The position numbers and the translations under genes are program-made. From NCBI GenBank assembly GCA_934747805.1, contig CAKVHC010000002.1, forward strand, positions 80,694 to 144,693: a stretch of DNA of 64,000 nucleotides, read 5' to 3'. A model generated the notes under the pieces. The model was not told where the DNA came from. It worked only from the letters and a program-made list of their open reading frames with translations, and made no database searches. Below are positions 8,326 through 16,960 of the stretch, in pieces; positions within the stretch are counted from its first letter, which is position 1, and the number at the start of each line of letters is the position of its first letter. This stretch comes from an uncultured Clostridia bacterium (lineage in GTDB: Bacteria > Bacillota > Clostridia > Christensenellales > UBA1242).

Positions 8326-8997
8326 CTACTTTTTAATAGACATTACTTTGCCTGTGGATGCACTAATCAATACACCATAAGTTTGGTCTTTGCACGCAAA
8401 CCCTATATACCAATAATATTCACTCTGTTCACTAGAAAAGTCTTTCCAAATTTTAATGTACACTTCACCGCATAGTTCACCCTTTGAAATATGTGAGTCA
8501 AACTGGTTTTTCAGTGCGTTGTATGCAATTTTGATTGCTTCGCTTTGGTTTGTGGCAAAGTCTTTTGACACGCACACAAGATTGGCTTGTGCTTCAAAGT
8601 GGTCTTTGAACACTCGTACGCTAACAGTGGCAGTTTGTGGCACGTATATTTCTAGGTCGACAACATAGCCTGTTGAATAATCACTCTTCTCTATGTCGCC
8701 CTCGTACTCAATGTTGTCCACCACAACGAAATAGTGTAGGGAAGTGTACGGAAGCGATTTGGCTGGCTCAAAACTAAACAGTGCAAAGTCGACCAATTTT
8801 TCCACCACCCCGTCTGTCTGATATGGGTCTTCACGTCTGCCAGAAACAAGGGTGAAAAGGTTGTCCTTATCCTGACTGACGAAATATGAGTCACGGCTCT
8901 CCACAATATTTTTTTGCAATATCTTTAAGTTATCTTGTCCGCATCCACCTAGCATAAGTACCAGTGCGAGCATTGGTAATAAAAAAAACTTTTTCAT
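8326..8997 (-). CDS. Lipoprotein, unknown function (C-terminal PepSY-like ending)
   Basis: Signal peptide plus lipobox MKKFFLLPMLALVLMLGGC. C-terminus ...YGVLISASTGKVMSIKK resembles PepSY domain ends. SD GAGG. Confidence 0.6.
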   Translation of the reverse strand: MKKFFLLPMLALVLMLGGCGQDNLKILQKNIVESRDSYFVSQDKDNLFTLVSGRREDPYQTDGVVEKLVDFALFSFEPAKSLPYTSLHYFVVVDNIEYEGDIEKSDYSTGYVVDLEIYVPQTATVSVRVFKDHFEAQANLVCVSKDFATNQSEAIKIAYNALKNQFDSHISKGELCGEVYIKIWKDFSSEQSEYYWYIGFACKDQTYGVLISASTGKVMSIKK

Positions 8998-9042
8998 AAA
9001 AACCTCATTGTATTTTATGAAAAAGTCAGTTTTAATAGAACA

Positions 9043-9474
9043 CTATTTGTCTAACAAATCGTTACGCTTTTGATAATGTCCACCATTGAAACGAGTGGTG
9101 ATAAACGTTGCCGTTCTAATCTCAGCAGCAGTTTTGCCAGTCTGTCTTGCACCCAAGCATAGAACATTGGCATCGTTGTGCATACGTGCAGATTTCACAG
9201 TCTTAGTGTTGTCACCCAACACGGCACGAATGCCTTTAAATCTGTTGGCTTGCATTGTCATTCCGACACCAGAGCCGCATACTAATATCCCTCGATTTTC
9301 CTTGTCCTGCAACACCTTTTTACACAAAAGTTTGGCATAAGTGTTGTAGTCGTCGTCGCTGACGAAATCTTTTGCACCCACATCGATGGCAGAGATGCCA
9401 AACTTAGCGAGATATTTCACCAAACTATCTTTTAATTTCAGACCATTGTGGTCGCACCCAATGTAAACTTTCAT
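9043..9474 (-). CDS. rpiB: Ribose-5-phosphate isomerase B (RpiB/LacAB family)
   Basis: MKVYIGCDHNGLKLKDSL...GILVCGSGVGMTMQANRFKGIRA...; 143 aa; SD AAGGAG. Confidence 0.9.
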   Translation of the reverse strand: MKVYIGCDHNGLKLKDSLVKYLAKFGISAIDVGAKDFVSDDDYNTYAKLLCKKVLQDKENRGILVCGSGVGMTMQANRFKGIRAVLGDNTKTVKSARMHNDANVLCLGARQTGKTAAEIRTATFITTRFNGGHYQKRNDLLDK

Positions 9475-9548
9475 TGATTTCTCCTTACTTTATTATGCCG
9501 TTTTTCAAAACAAAAAGTCAACTAATTTTTAATATGCGAAAAAAACAA

Positions 9549-9577
9549 TTTATTTTTTCTTTTAGATATGCTATAAT
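9549..9577 (+). promoter_or_regulatory. Extended -10 promoter placed for a leaderless transcript of the TM2 gene
   Basis: TGcTATAAT (-10 at 9572-9577), 6 nt, ATG at 9584. Weak -35 TTTATT at 17-nt spacing. No SD. Confidence 0.5.
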
Positions 9578-9583
9578 CTACGT

Positions 9584-10060
9584 ATGAAACAGAAACTGAC
9601 AAAGCGTTGCCCAAGATGCAACACCGAATTACCCATTGGCGTGAGTGTGTGCTATGACTGTGGTCTTAATTTTGACAAATTTAAAAATGCGACTAATGCC
9701 GAAGCAAAAAAAGCAATGCGAGCTGGTGAAAAAGACAGAGTTTTGAACTCACGCATTTTGCCTAGTGATGTTAGCAAAACAAAACTTTTGCTTGCATGCA
9801 TATTCGGTGGGTTGTTTGGTGCACACGAGTTTATGGTGGGCAGATGGTTGAAAGGACTCATTTACACACTATTGACAGTCGTATCTCTAAGTTTGAGTGC
9901 GTTAGAAGTGTTTGGCGGACTAGAATCTCTCGCAATGCAATACGCAACCGAAATCATCTACACAGCATGGGCAATCGTATTTTTGATTTGGTTGGACGAT
10001 TTGATAAGGATCATTTTCAATAGATACAAAGTTCCAGTTTCATTACCATATAAGGATTAA
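9584..10060 (+). CDS. Zinc-ribbon plus TM2-domain membrane protein
   Basis: CPRCNTEL...CYDCG zinc ribbon, then LLACIFGGLFGAHEFMVGRWLKGLIYTLL, typical of the TM2 domain. Confidence 0.65.
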   Translation: MKQKLTKRCPRCNTELPIGVSVCYDCGLNFDKFKNATNAEAKKAMRAGEKDRVLNSRILPSDVSKTKLLLACIFGGLFGAHEFMVGRWLKGLIYTLLTVVSLSLSALEVFGGLESLAMQYATEIIYTAWAIVFLIWLDDLIRIIFNRYKVPVSLPYKD

Positions 10061-10062
10061 TT

Positions 10063-11166
10063 ATGTCAACAATAGTAGTAGGTCTTAGCGGTGGAGTGGA
10101 TTCATCCGTTGCCGCATACCTTTTGAAACAGCAAGGTCACAACGTTATAGGAATGTTTATGCTCAACTGGGAAGACAGTGATGGCTCAGGCAGGTGCAAT
10201 GCACAGGCGGATTTTGAAGATGCTCGCCGTGTGGCAGACAAAATCGGCATTCCATATTACACTGTAAATTATGCGAAAGAGTATTGGGACAAGGTGTTTC
10301 AATATTTCCTAGATGAATATAAGAACGGCTTTACGCCAAACCCTGATGTTCTGTGCAATCGAGAAATCAAGTTTGGACCTTTTTTGCAACACGCAATGGC
10401 AATCGGCGCAGACAAAATTGCCACAGGTCACTATGCAAAACTAGTTGAACGTGACGGTCAGTATTATCTGTACAAGGCAAAGGATCTAAACAAAGACCAG
10501 TCATATTTTTTGCATCAACTCAGCCAAGAGCAATTGTCAAAAACGCTGTTTCCATTGGATGAGATCGAGAAACCAAAGGTGAGAGAAATCGCCAAACAAC
10601 TCGGACTTGTAACGGCTACGAAAAAGGATTCCACAGGCATATGTTTCATAGGGGAACGCAACTTTAGGCAGTTTATGAAGACATTTTTGCCAGCTCAACC
10701 AGGCGAGATTCGTGATTTAAATGACAAAATGGTCGGTCACCACGAAGGCGTGATGTATTACACAATTGGACAACGCCGTGGATTGAACATTGGCGGCACA
10801 GCAGACGGAAATGGCGAGAGATGGTTCGTGGTGAGCAAGGACGTTAAGCGTAACATTCTTTATGTTAATGAAGGTGAATGCAAAGAAATGTTCAGTGACG
10901 GTCTAGTTATCAACAATATGCACTGGATTAACGGCACCCCACAACAAAAAACATTTGCCTGCAACATAAAATGCAGATATCGTCAGCCAGACCAAAAGTG
11001 CAAGGTCGAAGTCATCGATGACAATAAACTGGTCGTTCATTTTGACGAGTCACAACGCTCGGTCGCACTGGGTCAATACGGTGTGCTTTATGCCGATGAC
11101 GGCATGTGCTTTGGTGGTGGCAGAATCGACGAGTTGATTCCTGTTGCCAACTGGACAAAAAAATAA
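10063..11166 (+). CDS. mnmA: tRNA 2-thiouridine(34) synthase MnmA
   Basis: VVGLSGGVDSSVAAYLLKQQGHNVIGMFM PP-loop, NPDVLCNREIKF, ATGHYA; 367 aa. Confidence 0.95.
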   Translation: MSTIVVGLSGGVDSSVAAYLLKQQGHNVIGMFMLNWEDSDGSGRCNAQADFEDARRVADKIGIPYYTVNYAKEYWDKVFQYFLDEYKNGFTPNPDVLCNREIKFGPFLQHAMAIGADKIATGHYAKLVERDGQYYLYKAKDLNKDQSYFLHQLSQEQLSKTLFPLDEIEKPKVREIAKQLGLVTATKKDSTGICFIGERNFRQFMKTFLPAQPGEIRDLNDKMVGHHEGVMYYTIGQRRGLNIGGTADGNGERWFVVSKDVKRNILYVNEGECKEMFSDGLVINNMHWINGTPQQKTFACNIKCRYRQPDQKCKVEVIDDNKLVVHFDESQRSVALGQYGVLYADDGMCFGGGRIDELIPVANWTKK

Positions 11167-11177
11167 TGCAATTGCGA

Positions 11178-11206
11178 AAGTGAATCGTTATGGTTCACTT
11201 TTTTTG
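11178..11206 (+). terminator. Intrinsic terminator after mnmA
   Basis: aagtgaa-tcgttatgg-ttcactt followed by a T run. Confidence 0.75.
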
Positions 11207-11217
11207 TTGCATTATTC

Positions 11218-11559
11218 TTATAAACCAAGACTTATATACAACGCCTGGTCAATGCGATTCATAAACCCATCAGGTAGGTGAGTAACGAAAGTTTGTAAGC
11301 GCATTTTGTCCAACGTGCGAATCTGTTCAAGCAGAATTACGCTATCTTTTTTCAGTCCAAAAGTGCGAGCATCGAGTTCAATGTGTGTTGGCAATTTCGC
11401 CTTAGAAATTTGGCTTGTGATTGCCGCAATTATGACAGTGGGGCTAAACTTGTTGCCGATGTCATTTTGCACAACTAAAACGGGACGTAAACCACCTTGC
11501 TCGCTACCTACTACGGGACTCAAATCAGCATAGAAAATGTCGCCACGTTTTACTGTCAT
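11218..11559 (-). CDS. mazF: MazF/EndoA-type endoribonuclease toxin
   Basis: [62 protein letters not shown] is very close to B. subtilis EndoA (NdoA) as I recall it. SD AGGAG lies inside the upstream ORF. Confidence 0.93.
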   Translation of the reverse strand: MTVKRGDIFYADLSPVVGSEQGGLRPVLVVQNDIGNKFSPTVIIAAITSQISKAKLPTHIELDARTFGLKKDSVILLEQIRTLDKMRLQTFVTHLPDGFMNRIDQALYISLGL

Positions 11560-11775
11560 CTAATCTCCTAAAATAAACTTTTCTGTTAGTGTCAAACTAT
11601 CTACCACATTGTATAGTTGGTCCAACTCACGCATAAGTGATAAATAGTCATTATCAGTGTATGCATAAAGCTGTGAGTTTGAGATTGTGTCAGTTGTGTT
11701 TTTAGAATGTTTTTCCTTTGGTGTTTTGTCTATTTTTGCATATTCATTAGATAATTTATTAACGTTATATTTCAT
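11560..11775 (-). CDS. Putative cognate antitoxin (no recognisable RHH/AbrB/HTH motif)
   Basis: 71 aa. Its TAG stop is immediately followed by the mazF ATG (TAGATG). Own SD GGGTGG. Acidic/aromatic C-terminal half YAYTDNDYLSLMRELDQLYNVVD. Assignment is by position only. Confidence 0.5.
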   Translation of the reverse strand: MKYNVNKLSNEYAKIDKTPKEKHSKNTTDTISNSQLYAYTDNDYLSLMRELDQLYNVVDSLTLTEKFILGD

Positions 11776-12057
11776 ATTTTTACCACCCTTAAATTTTTTA
11801 AACTTTAACTGATTTTAATTTGTGAAAAAATGTAATAAATATGTAAAAATATTTTGTCAAAAAAATAAATTAATTGTAAAAATAAAAGTGGTAAAATTAT
11901 TTTATTAATTATTAAATTGATTAAATATTTTTAAAACAAATAAAAAAATAGCGATAAAATATATTATTTCTTCGCTATTTTATGTATTTTTTAAATCTTT
12001 TAATTAATTTTTAATTTATACTAGTAAAATATTTAATAATTAAAAATAAAACAAAAT
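11776..12057. other. Extreme-AT island B (upstream of the toxin-antitoxin pair, downstream of recX)
   Basis: 5 G/C in the 60-nt line 11881-11940 by my count. Shares the 16-mer ttaatttgtgaaaaaa (11815-11830) with island A. Confidence 0.8.
11941..11978 (-). terminator. Probable recX terminator
   Basis: atagcga...tcgctat stem with an AT-rich loop, followed on the minus strand by TTTTTTA. Confidence 0.5.
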
Positions 12058-12672
12058 TTAATCATCTATTTGATTTTTATAATTTTTCAAACAACTATTA
12101 ATTGTGTCCCATCCGTAGCCTTTATATTGTAAATGGCGAATAAGTTTTTCAATATTTTTTTGCTCAACTGTGTGACATGAAAAATATTTATCTACAATCT
12201 TTTTCGCTGAGTCAATGTCTTCAATTTCTGCTACACTTTCGTTAATGATTTCTGGGCTTATGCCTGCCTCAAAAAGTTTATTTTTGATATACGATTTTGA
12301 CTTGGATTTTTGCATGGAATTTGTGTACATTTTGGCATACGTTTCATCGCTGATAAGATTGTACGAAGACATCTTTTCGACTAGCTTATTTACTGTGTCT
12401 GATGAATATCCTTTTTTATATAAATATGTCCTTAATTGTTTGGCTGTTTTCAGCTGTCTTGACACAAAGTTCATTGCATTCGCACACGCAATCAACCACT
12501 CACTTTTTTCAACTGCATTTATGAACACTTGTGCATCAATCTCTGAGTTAAGTGTAATGCCAAATTCTAGCATAGCGTCAGCATGCAATTCAAATATTTC
12601 GCCCGTTTCACAAGTCGCTTTGAATATGTTGGGCTGTGTCTTTTTTGTGTTTTTTAACGAAATGATTTTCAT
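12058..12672 (-). CDS. recX: Recombination regulator RecX
   Basis: Repeated three-helix units (LRTYLYKKGYSSDTVNKLVEKM..., IKNKLFEAGISPEIINESV..., LIRHLQYKGYGWDTINSCL). Start moved to MKIISLKN (12672) because the track's longer ORF would overlap cmk and its promoter. Confidence 0.8.
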   Translation of the reverse strand: MKIISLKNTKKTQPNIFKATCETGEIFELHADAMLEFGITLNSEIDAQVFINAVEKSEWLIACANAMNFVSRQLKTAKQLRTYLYKKGYSSDTVNKLVEKMSSYNLISDETYAKMYTNSMQKSKSKSYIKNKLFEAGISPEIINESVAEIEDIDSAKKIVDKYFSCHTVEQKNIEKLIRHLQYKGYGWDTINSCLKNYKNQIDD

Positions 12673-12679
12673 ACACAAT

Positions 12680-12708
12680 ATTTTATCAAATGATTTACTT
12701 TTTGTCGA
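12680..12708 (-). promoter_or_regulatory. recX promoter placed for a leaderless transcript
   Basis: Minus strand: TCGACA, 17 nt, TAAAAT, 7 nt (attgtgt), ATG at 12672. No SD. Confidence 0.45.
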
Positions 12709-12757
12709 GCAAAGTGCTATACTTGAGATGAAGATTTTATAAAGGGGTTGATATAAA

Positions 12758-13420
12758 ATGATTACAATAACGATTGACGGGCCGTCAGGTTCAGGCAAGT
12801 CTACAGTTGCCGACGTGTTGGCAAAAAAGTTGGGGATAAACCATTTAAATACGGGTGCTTTGTATCGTGCAGTGACTTACGGTTGTCTGCAGGCGGGTAT
12901 CCGTCCAGATGAGAATGACAAGATATCCGATTACATAGCCAATTGTGGATTGAACGTAAAATTCGTGGGTGACGAACAAAGGGTGTATCTAGGTGAACAA
13001 GACGTTACGCCTTATCTTCGCCAAAACGAAATCAGTGTTCAATCACCATTGTATTCCGTTAGTCCAAGTGTTAGATATGGCTTGACTGATTTCTCACGCA
13101 AGCTTAGCAGCGAAATGAACATAATTTTAGACGGCAGAGATAGTGGCAGTTTTGTCCTGCCAAATGCGGATTACAAGTTCTATCTTGATGCCAGCGTGAC
13201 TGAGCGTGCACGTCGTCGCCAGCTAGAACTCAGAGCCAAAGGCGAAGACGTCAATCTCGACACACTCGTCCAGCAGCTGAGCGAACGTGACGAATTTGAC
13301 AAGCATAAGAAGGTAGCACCGCTCGTTGTTCCAAAGAATGCAATCATCATTGACAACACGCACTTAAACCTTGAGCAAACGGCAGAAGAGATGTTAAAAT
13401 ATATCAAAATGCCAAAATAA
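12758..13420 (+). CDS. cmk: Cytidylate kinase
   Basis: ITIDGPSGSGKSTVADVLAKKLGINHLNTGALYRA; 220 aa. Confidence 0.93.
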   Translation: MITITIDGPSGSGKSTVADVLAKKLGINHLNTGALYRAVTYGCLQAGIRPDENDKISDYIANCGLNVKFVGDEQRVYLGEQDVTPYLRQNEISVQSPLYSVSPSVRYGLTDFSRKLSSEMNIILDGRDSGSFVLPNADYKFYLDASVTERARRRQLELRAKGEDVNLDTLVQQLSERDEFDKHKKVAPLVVPKNAIIIDNTHLNLEQTAEEMLKYIKMPK

Positions 13421-13440
13421 ATACAGTTTTTTCATAAAAA

Positions 13441-13465
13441 ATGGTCTTTTCAGGGCCATTTTTTG
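13441..13465 (+). terminator. Intrinsic terminator after cmk
   Basis: atggtc-ttttcag-ggccat (one G:U pair) followed by TTTTT. Confidence 0.7.
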
Positions 13466-13486
13466 TGTAAATTTTGAAATTAGGTA

Positions 13487-13515
13487 TTGAAAAATGGAAA
13501 ATATGGTGGTATAAT
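13487..13515 (+). promoter_or_regulatory. Consensus-like promoter of the 13550 gene
   Basis: TTGAAA (13487-13492), 17 nt, TATAAT (13510-13515). This argues the real start is the ATG at 13550 (SD AGGAAGGG) and not the track start at 13487. Confidence 0.7.
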
Positions 13516-13549
13516 AGCTCCAGAAAAACAAAAAAAGGAAGGGTATTTT

Positions 13550-14806
13550 ATGGCAAACACAAAGCAGATTAGTGGTCACAAACTCAATCCAGATGGCAGA
13601 ATGCAACCTGCATACAACAGACCTAAGCGTTTTTTCCGCACTCTTTTTAGAAAAGTATTGTTGCCTTCACTCATCACAGCAGGCATTGTTGTGGGCGCAT
13701 TTGCCCTTATTCCAGCACTTTCAACTGCTGTCAGCCTAACTTTTGCTAACGCAGCACTCATTGGCGCAGGCACATTTGCAGCCACTAGCACACTTATTGG
13801 TGGTGGCACTCTCATTCACGAGAAGGCAAGTGCTCGTCGTCGTGTGAAGAGAGCTTTGAAGAAAAACATTCAATTAGAAGCAATGAATTTCATTCAACCT
13901 GAAACAGTATTAAATAACGGCAACCCAGTATACGCCAATGGTCTCAATCCACCACGTCACGGCAAAGGTTTCTGGCGTCGTCGTAACATGCTTTATCAAT
14001 ATCTAAAGCAAAACCGCAACTGCGATCCTGAAAGCCCAACATCAAATCAAGCACTCGTTCAACGCATTATCGACGGCAATGAAACCAATAAATTCATCGA
14101 CTTGGTTGTATTGGCAGCAAAACGTGGCTATCTAGGTGACAAATCTAGGGATGCTGTTAAAAATAGAGAAAATAAGCAAAAACTCAAAAACTTGAGAAAC
14201 CTAAGCGAAAGCGATGCTGATCAATTGATGGAAGACGTGTTTGGCATTGAAAACCATTTCAAGACTTTGGGCGGCTATCAAGCTAGACCAGTCAAGACAT
14301 CTTCACGCAAGTCAACGAAAACTGCACCTGAAATGAATGAAGAAGAAGCATATGCCGACAGCTTGAGTCAACAACCAATAGCTGGCGCTCAGCCTCAGTT
14401 AACACCTGAACAGCTTGCTGCATATATTCAAGCAATGAACTCACAGCCACAACCAGCACCAGCACAACCAACAGCACCAGTCGAACCAAACTCATACACA
14501 TCAGTCCCTGAGGAAAAAGGAAGTTTGGTCAGAGCAGTTCTATCCAACCCAACTCATACCCCTGCTTCTAAACCAGCAGTTGAAGAAGACCATGTAGTAA
14601 TTGACGATAAATCACTCGTCAAGTCAATTGTTGAAGGGACACCAGAGCCAGCACCAGTAGTAAAAAAGGCTGCTGCTACAGCGGATGATGTAATTGCAAA
14701 GAAGAAAAGTCTTGAGGAAGAATTAAGAAAAGCTCAAGCAGAAGCACCAAAACCAGCACCTGAAAAAAGACCTCTTGTAACACTAAGTGGTATAAAATTG
14801 AGATAA
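13550..14806 (+). CDS. Membrane protein of unknown function with a Pro/Gln/Ala-rich C-terminal region
   Basis: 418 aa. Hydrophobic stretch LLPSLITAGIVVGAFALIPALSTAVSLTFANAALIGAGTFAATSTLIGGGTLI, then a basic segment, then a low-complexity tail (QPQPAPAQPTAPVEP...). No family recognised. Confidence 0.6.
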   Translation: MANTKQISGHKLNPDGRMQPAYNRPKRFFRTLFRKVLLPSLITAGIVVGAFALIPALSTAVSLTFANAALIGAGTFAATSTLIGGGTLIHEKASARRRVKRALKKNIQLEAMNFIQPETVLNNGNPVYANGLNPPRHGKGFWRRRNMLYQYLKQNRNCDPESPTSNQALVQRIIDGNETNKFIDLVVLAAKRGYLGDKSRDAVKNRENKQKLKNLRNLSESDADQLMEDVFGIENHFKTLGGYQARPVKTSSRKSTKTAPEMNEEEAYADSLSQQPIAGAQPQLTPEQLAAYIQAMNSQPQPAPAQPTAPVEPNSYTSVPEEKGSLVRAVLSNPTHTPASKPAVEEDHVVIDDKSLVKSIVEGTPEPAPVVKKAAATADDVIAKKKSLEEELRKAQAEAPKPAPEKRPLVTLSGIKLR

Positions 14807-14818
14807 AGTATTGTAAAA

Positions 14819-14842
14819 ATGTCGCCTGTGCGACATTTTTTT
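14819..14842 (+). terminator. Intrinsic terminator
   Basis: atgtcgc-ctgt-gcgacat followed by TTTTTT. Confidence 0.8.
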
Positions 14843-14854
14843 GACACATATCAT

Positions 14855-14883
14855 TTGACAAGCGAATAGAAAGAGAATAAGAT
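14855..14883 (+). promoter_or_regulatory. lgt promoter placed for a leaderless transcript
   Basis: TTGACA (14855-14860), 17 nt, TAAGAT (14878-14883), 6 nt, ATG at 14890. No SD. Confidence 0.55.
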
Positions 14884-14889
14884 TTAGTT

Positions 14890-15669
14890 ATGAAAAATTA
14901 TTTCACCATAGGTTCGTTAGAGATTCATTATTATGGTGTGCTTATGGCATCGGCAATGCTAATTGGCATTTTTTTGGCTTATGGCATCAGCAATCGAAAG
15001 GACATCAAGAGAGAGTCCATCTTCGACCTTGCTCTCATTGTGCTGCCACTTGCCGTGTTGGGTGCACGCACATACTATTGCATCTTCAGTGATTATCATT
15101 ACACATTTGCAGAGTTTTGGCAGATAAACAAAGGCGGTCTTGCCATTTATGGCGGAGTGATAGGCGGTTTTATCGGCGTCGTAATTTTCAGCCTTATCAA
15201 GAAAAAAGATATTCGTTCGGTGTGTGACGTCATCGCTCCGTCACTCATTCTAGGGCAGGCAATCGGTCGTTGGGGCAATTTTATCAACCAAGAGGCCTAC
15301 GGCTATGTAATCAATAACCCAAAATGGCAATTTTTCCCTGCTGGCGTGGAAATCGATGGCGTTTGGCATTTGGCGACTTTCTTCTATGAGTCGATGTGGA
15401 ACTTGGTTGTCTTTGCAATAGTACTTACAATATTTTTCAAAACTAAATCAAAGGGCACGACAACGGCATGGTATCTCATACTTTATGGGCTGGGTCGTAC
15501 CGTCATTGAAGGACTTCGCACCGACAGTCTATACATTGGCAACACAGGCATCCGTGTGTCACAGGCCTTGAGCGTTGTGCTCATTTTGTGCGGAATTGGT
15601 ATGCTTATCTACAATCTTGTCAAAAATAAGAAGACTAAGGTTGTAGAAAGTGACTCGAACAAAGTATAA
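14890..15669 (+). CDS. lgt: Prolipoprotein diacylglyceryl transferase
   Basis: IHYYGVLMASAMLIG..., GQAIGRWGNFINQEAYG, GRTVIEGLRTDSLYIG; 259 aa. Confidence 0.92.
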   Translation: MKNYFTIGSLEIHYYGVLMASAMLIGIFLAYGISNRKDIKRESIFDLALIVLPLAVLGARTYYCIFSDYHYTFAEFWQINKGGLAIYGGVIGGFIGVVIFSLIKKKDIRSVCDVIAPSLILGQAIGRWGNFINQEAYGYVINNPKWQFFPAGVEIDGVWHLATFFYESMWNLVVFAIVLTIFFKTKSKGTTTAWYLILYGLGRTVIEGLRTDSLYIGNTGIRVSQALSVVLILCGIGMLIYNLVKNKKTKVVESDSNKV

Positions 15670-16144
15670 TTTTTATGTCTTATTTACCATTATATTTTGC
15701 ATAAATTTCGCCATAAACTTGGCGATATATTTGATATGGCGACAATCTGAATTGCTCAGATTTGATTATGCGGTGTATCAGATTTTGGCGACGATTTCGG
15801 TTGTGCTTATATTGCGTGGTTTCGCACTAAAAATTGATTCCAGTCTGCTGCTCGGCATATTCTATCTCGGCGTTTCAATAATCGGTTTTTTCAATATCCT
15901 CGCAAGAGTGCCTTATGGCACGTTGTGGCCTTACTATTTTCTGATTTGTGCTTTTGCCAATTTCATCAATAGAATTGTCTTTTTCGACAGACTGCAAGGT
16001 TTTTTTGCCATAATTTGTACATTAATTTTTATAATTTCTTTGTGTTTTAACTTGAAATTATTCGGCTGGTTGTGTTATACTATACTCGTATTGATAACCA
16101 TATCCGCCAGCGTTATGTTTTTGGCATTGCGCACCAAGCGTTAG
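15650..16144 (+). CDS. Polytopic membrane protein, unknown function
   Basis: 164 aa with about 5 hydrophobic helices. GTG start overlaps the lgt 3' end by 20 nt. No family recognised. Confidence 0.5.
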   Translation: MTRTKYNFYVLFTIIFCINFAINLAIYLIWRQSELLRFDYAVYQILATISVVLILRGFALKIDSSLLLGIFYLGVSIIGFFNILARVPYGTLWPYYFLICAFANFINRIVFFDRLQGFFAIICTLIFIISLCFNLKLFGWLCYTILVLITISASVMFLALRTKR

Positions 16145-16156
16145 AAGGAGTTTTTT

Positions 16157-16801
16157 GTGGAGAAGAGTAAACTTTATACAGAAGAGCAAGTGCAAAAACT
16201 GATTAACGAACGTTGTACCGCTTTGTCCAACAAGCTTGACGAACAGCGAGCCACCATTGACCGTCAATCTGCCACCATTTCGCAGATTAGCAGCGAAATC
16301 AATGAGTATAAATCAAAAGATTCCACCATTTCAATGGCAATCATCAGCGCAGTGGAGAAGGCTCAGCAGATTGAATCCACTAGCAAGAAACTCTACCAAA
16401 TGGAGATTGAACGCATACGCCTTTTGTATTTGAAGATGGAAAACGTCTTGAAACAACTCTATGCCAAATATCCAGAGTTGAGAAAGAATAGCGAAGTCAA
16501 CGACATTATGGACAAGGTTGGTTTGGTGCTGAGCAACAACATCTCACCAGTTAGCAGCCAGCCACTTATGAAATACGCCATGAGTAGCACCACTGTCGAA
16601 GACCCGATCAAAAAGTTGTTGAATAAAATCACTACAATATTTGATAAAAACAACGAACAAAAAGTCACCCTCAAGCGTAAAACAATCCCAGAGAGTAGCA
16701 GCGGTTTTGACCTAAAAGAAGCCCTCAACCCAACCGAACAACTCAGCGATATTATGAAGGCATTCAACATTCAGCCTGCCAAAAATAACGGACAAAAATA
16801 A
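16157..16801 (+). CDS. DivIVA-domain-like coiled-coil protein
   Basis: GTG start with SD GAAGGAG. YTEEQVQKLINE...INEYKSKDSTISMAIISAVEKAQQIE resembles the DivIVA/GpsB central region, but the N-terminal F..RGY motif is absent. Confidence 0.4.
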   Translation: MEKSKLYTEEQVQKLINERCTALSNKLDEQRATIDRQSATISQISSEINEYKSKDSTISMAIISAVEKAQQIESTSKKLYQMEIERIRLLYLKMENVLKQLYAKYPELRKNSEVNDIMDKVGLVLSNNISPVSSQPLMKYAMSSTTVEDPIKKLLNKITTIFDKNNEQKVTLKRKTIPESSSGFDLKEALNPTEQLSDIMKAFNIQPAKNNGQK

Positions 16802-16825
16802 CTTGGTTTTCTGCCAAGTTTTTTT
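16802..16825 (+). terminator. Intrinsic terminator
   Basis: cttgg-ttttctg-ccaag followed by T7. Confidence 0.75.
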
Positions 16826-16920
16826 ATTGCTTTTGAGTGAAATTTTTGTAGAATTTTGACTAAATATTTTTCATTTTGTTTGTTGTTTGTTTGATAATTT
16901 TTTTCCTATGTGTTAATCTA

Positions 16921-16939
16921 TTATTAGTATAACTAATAA
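16921..16939 (+). promoter_or_regulatory. Perfect 8-3-8 palindrome in the 5' region of the giant gene (operator or UTR hairpin candidate)
   Basis: ttattagt-ata-actaataa, ending 12 nt before the GGAG SD (16952-16955). Confidence 0.35.
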
Positions 16940-16960
16940 AACGAAAGAATTGGAGAATTT

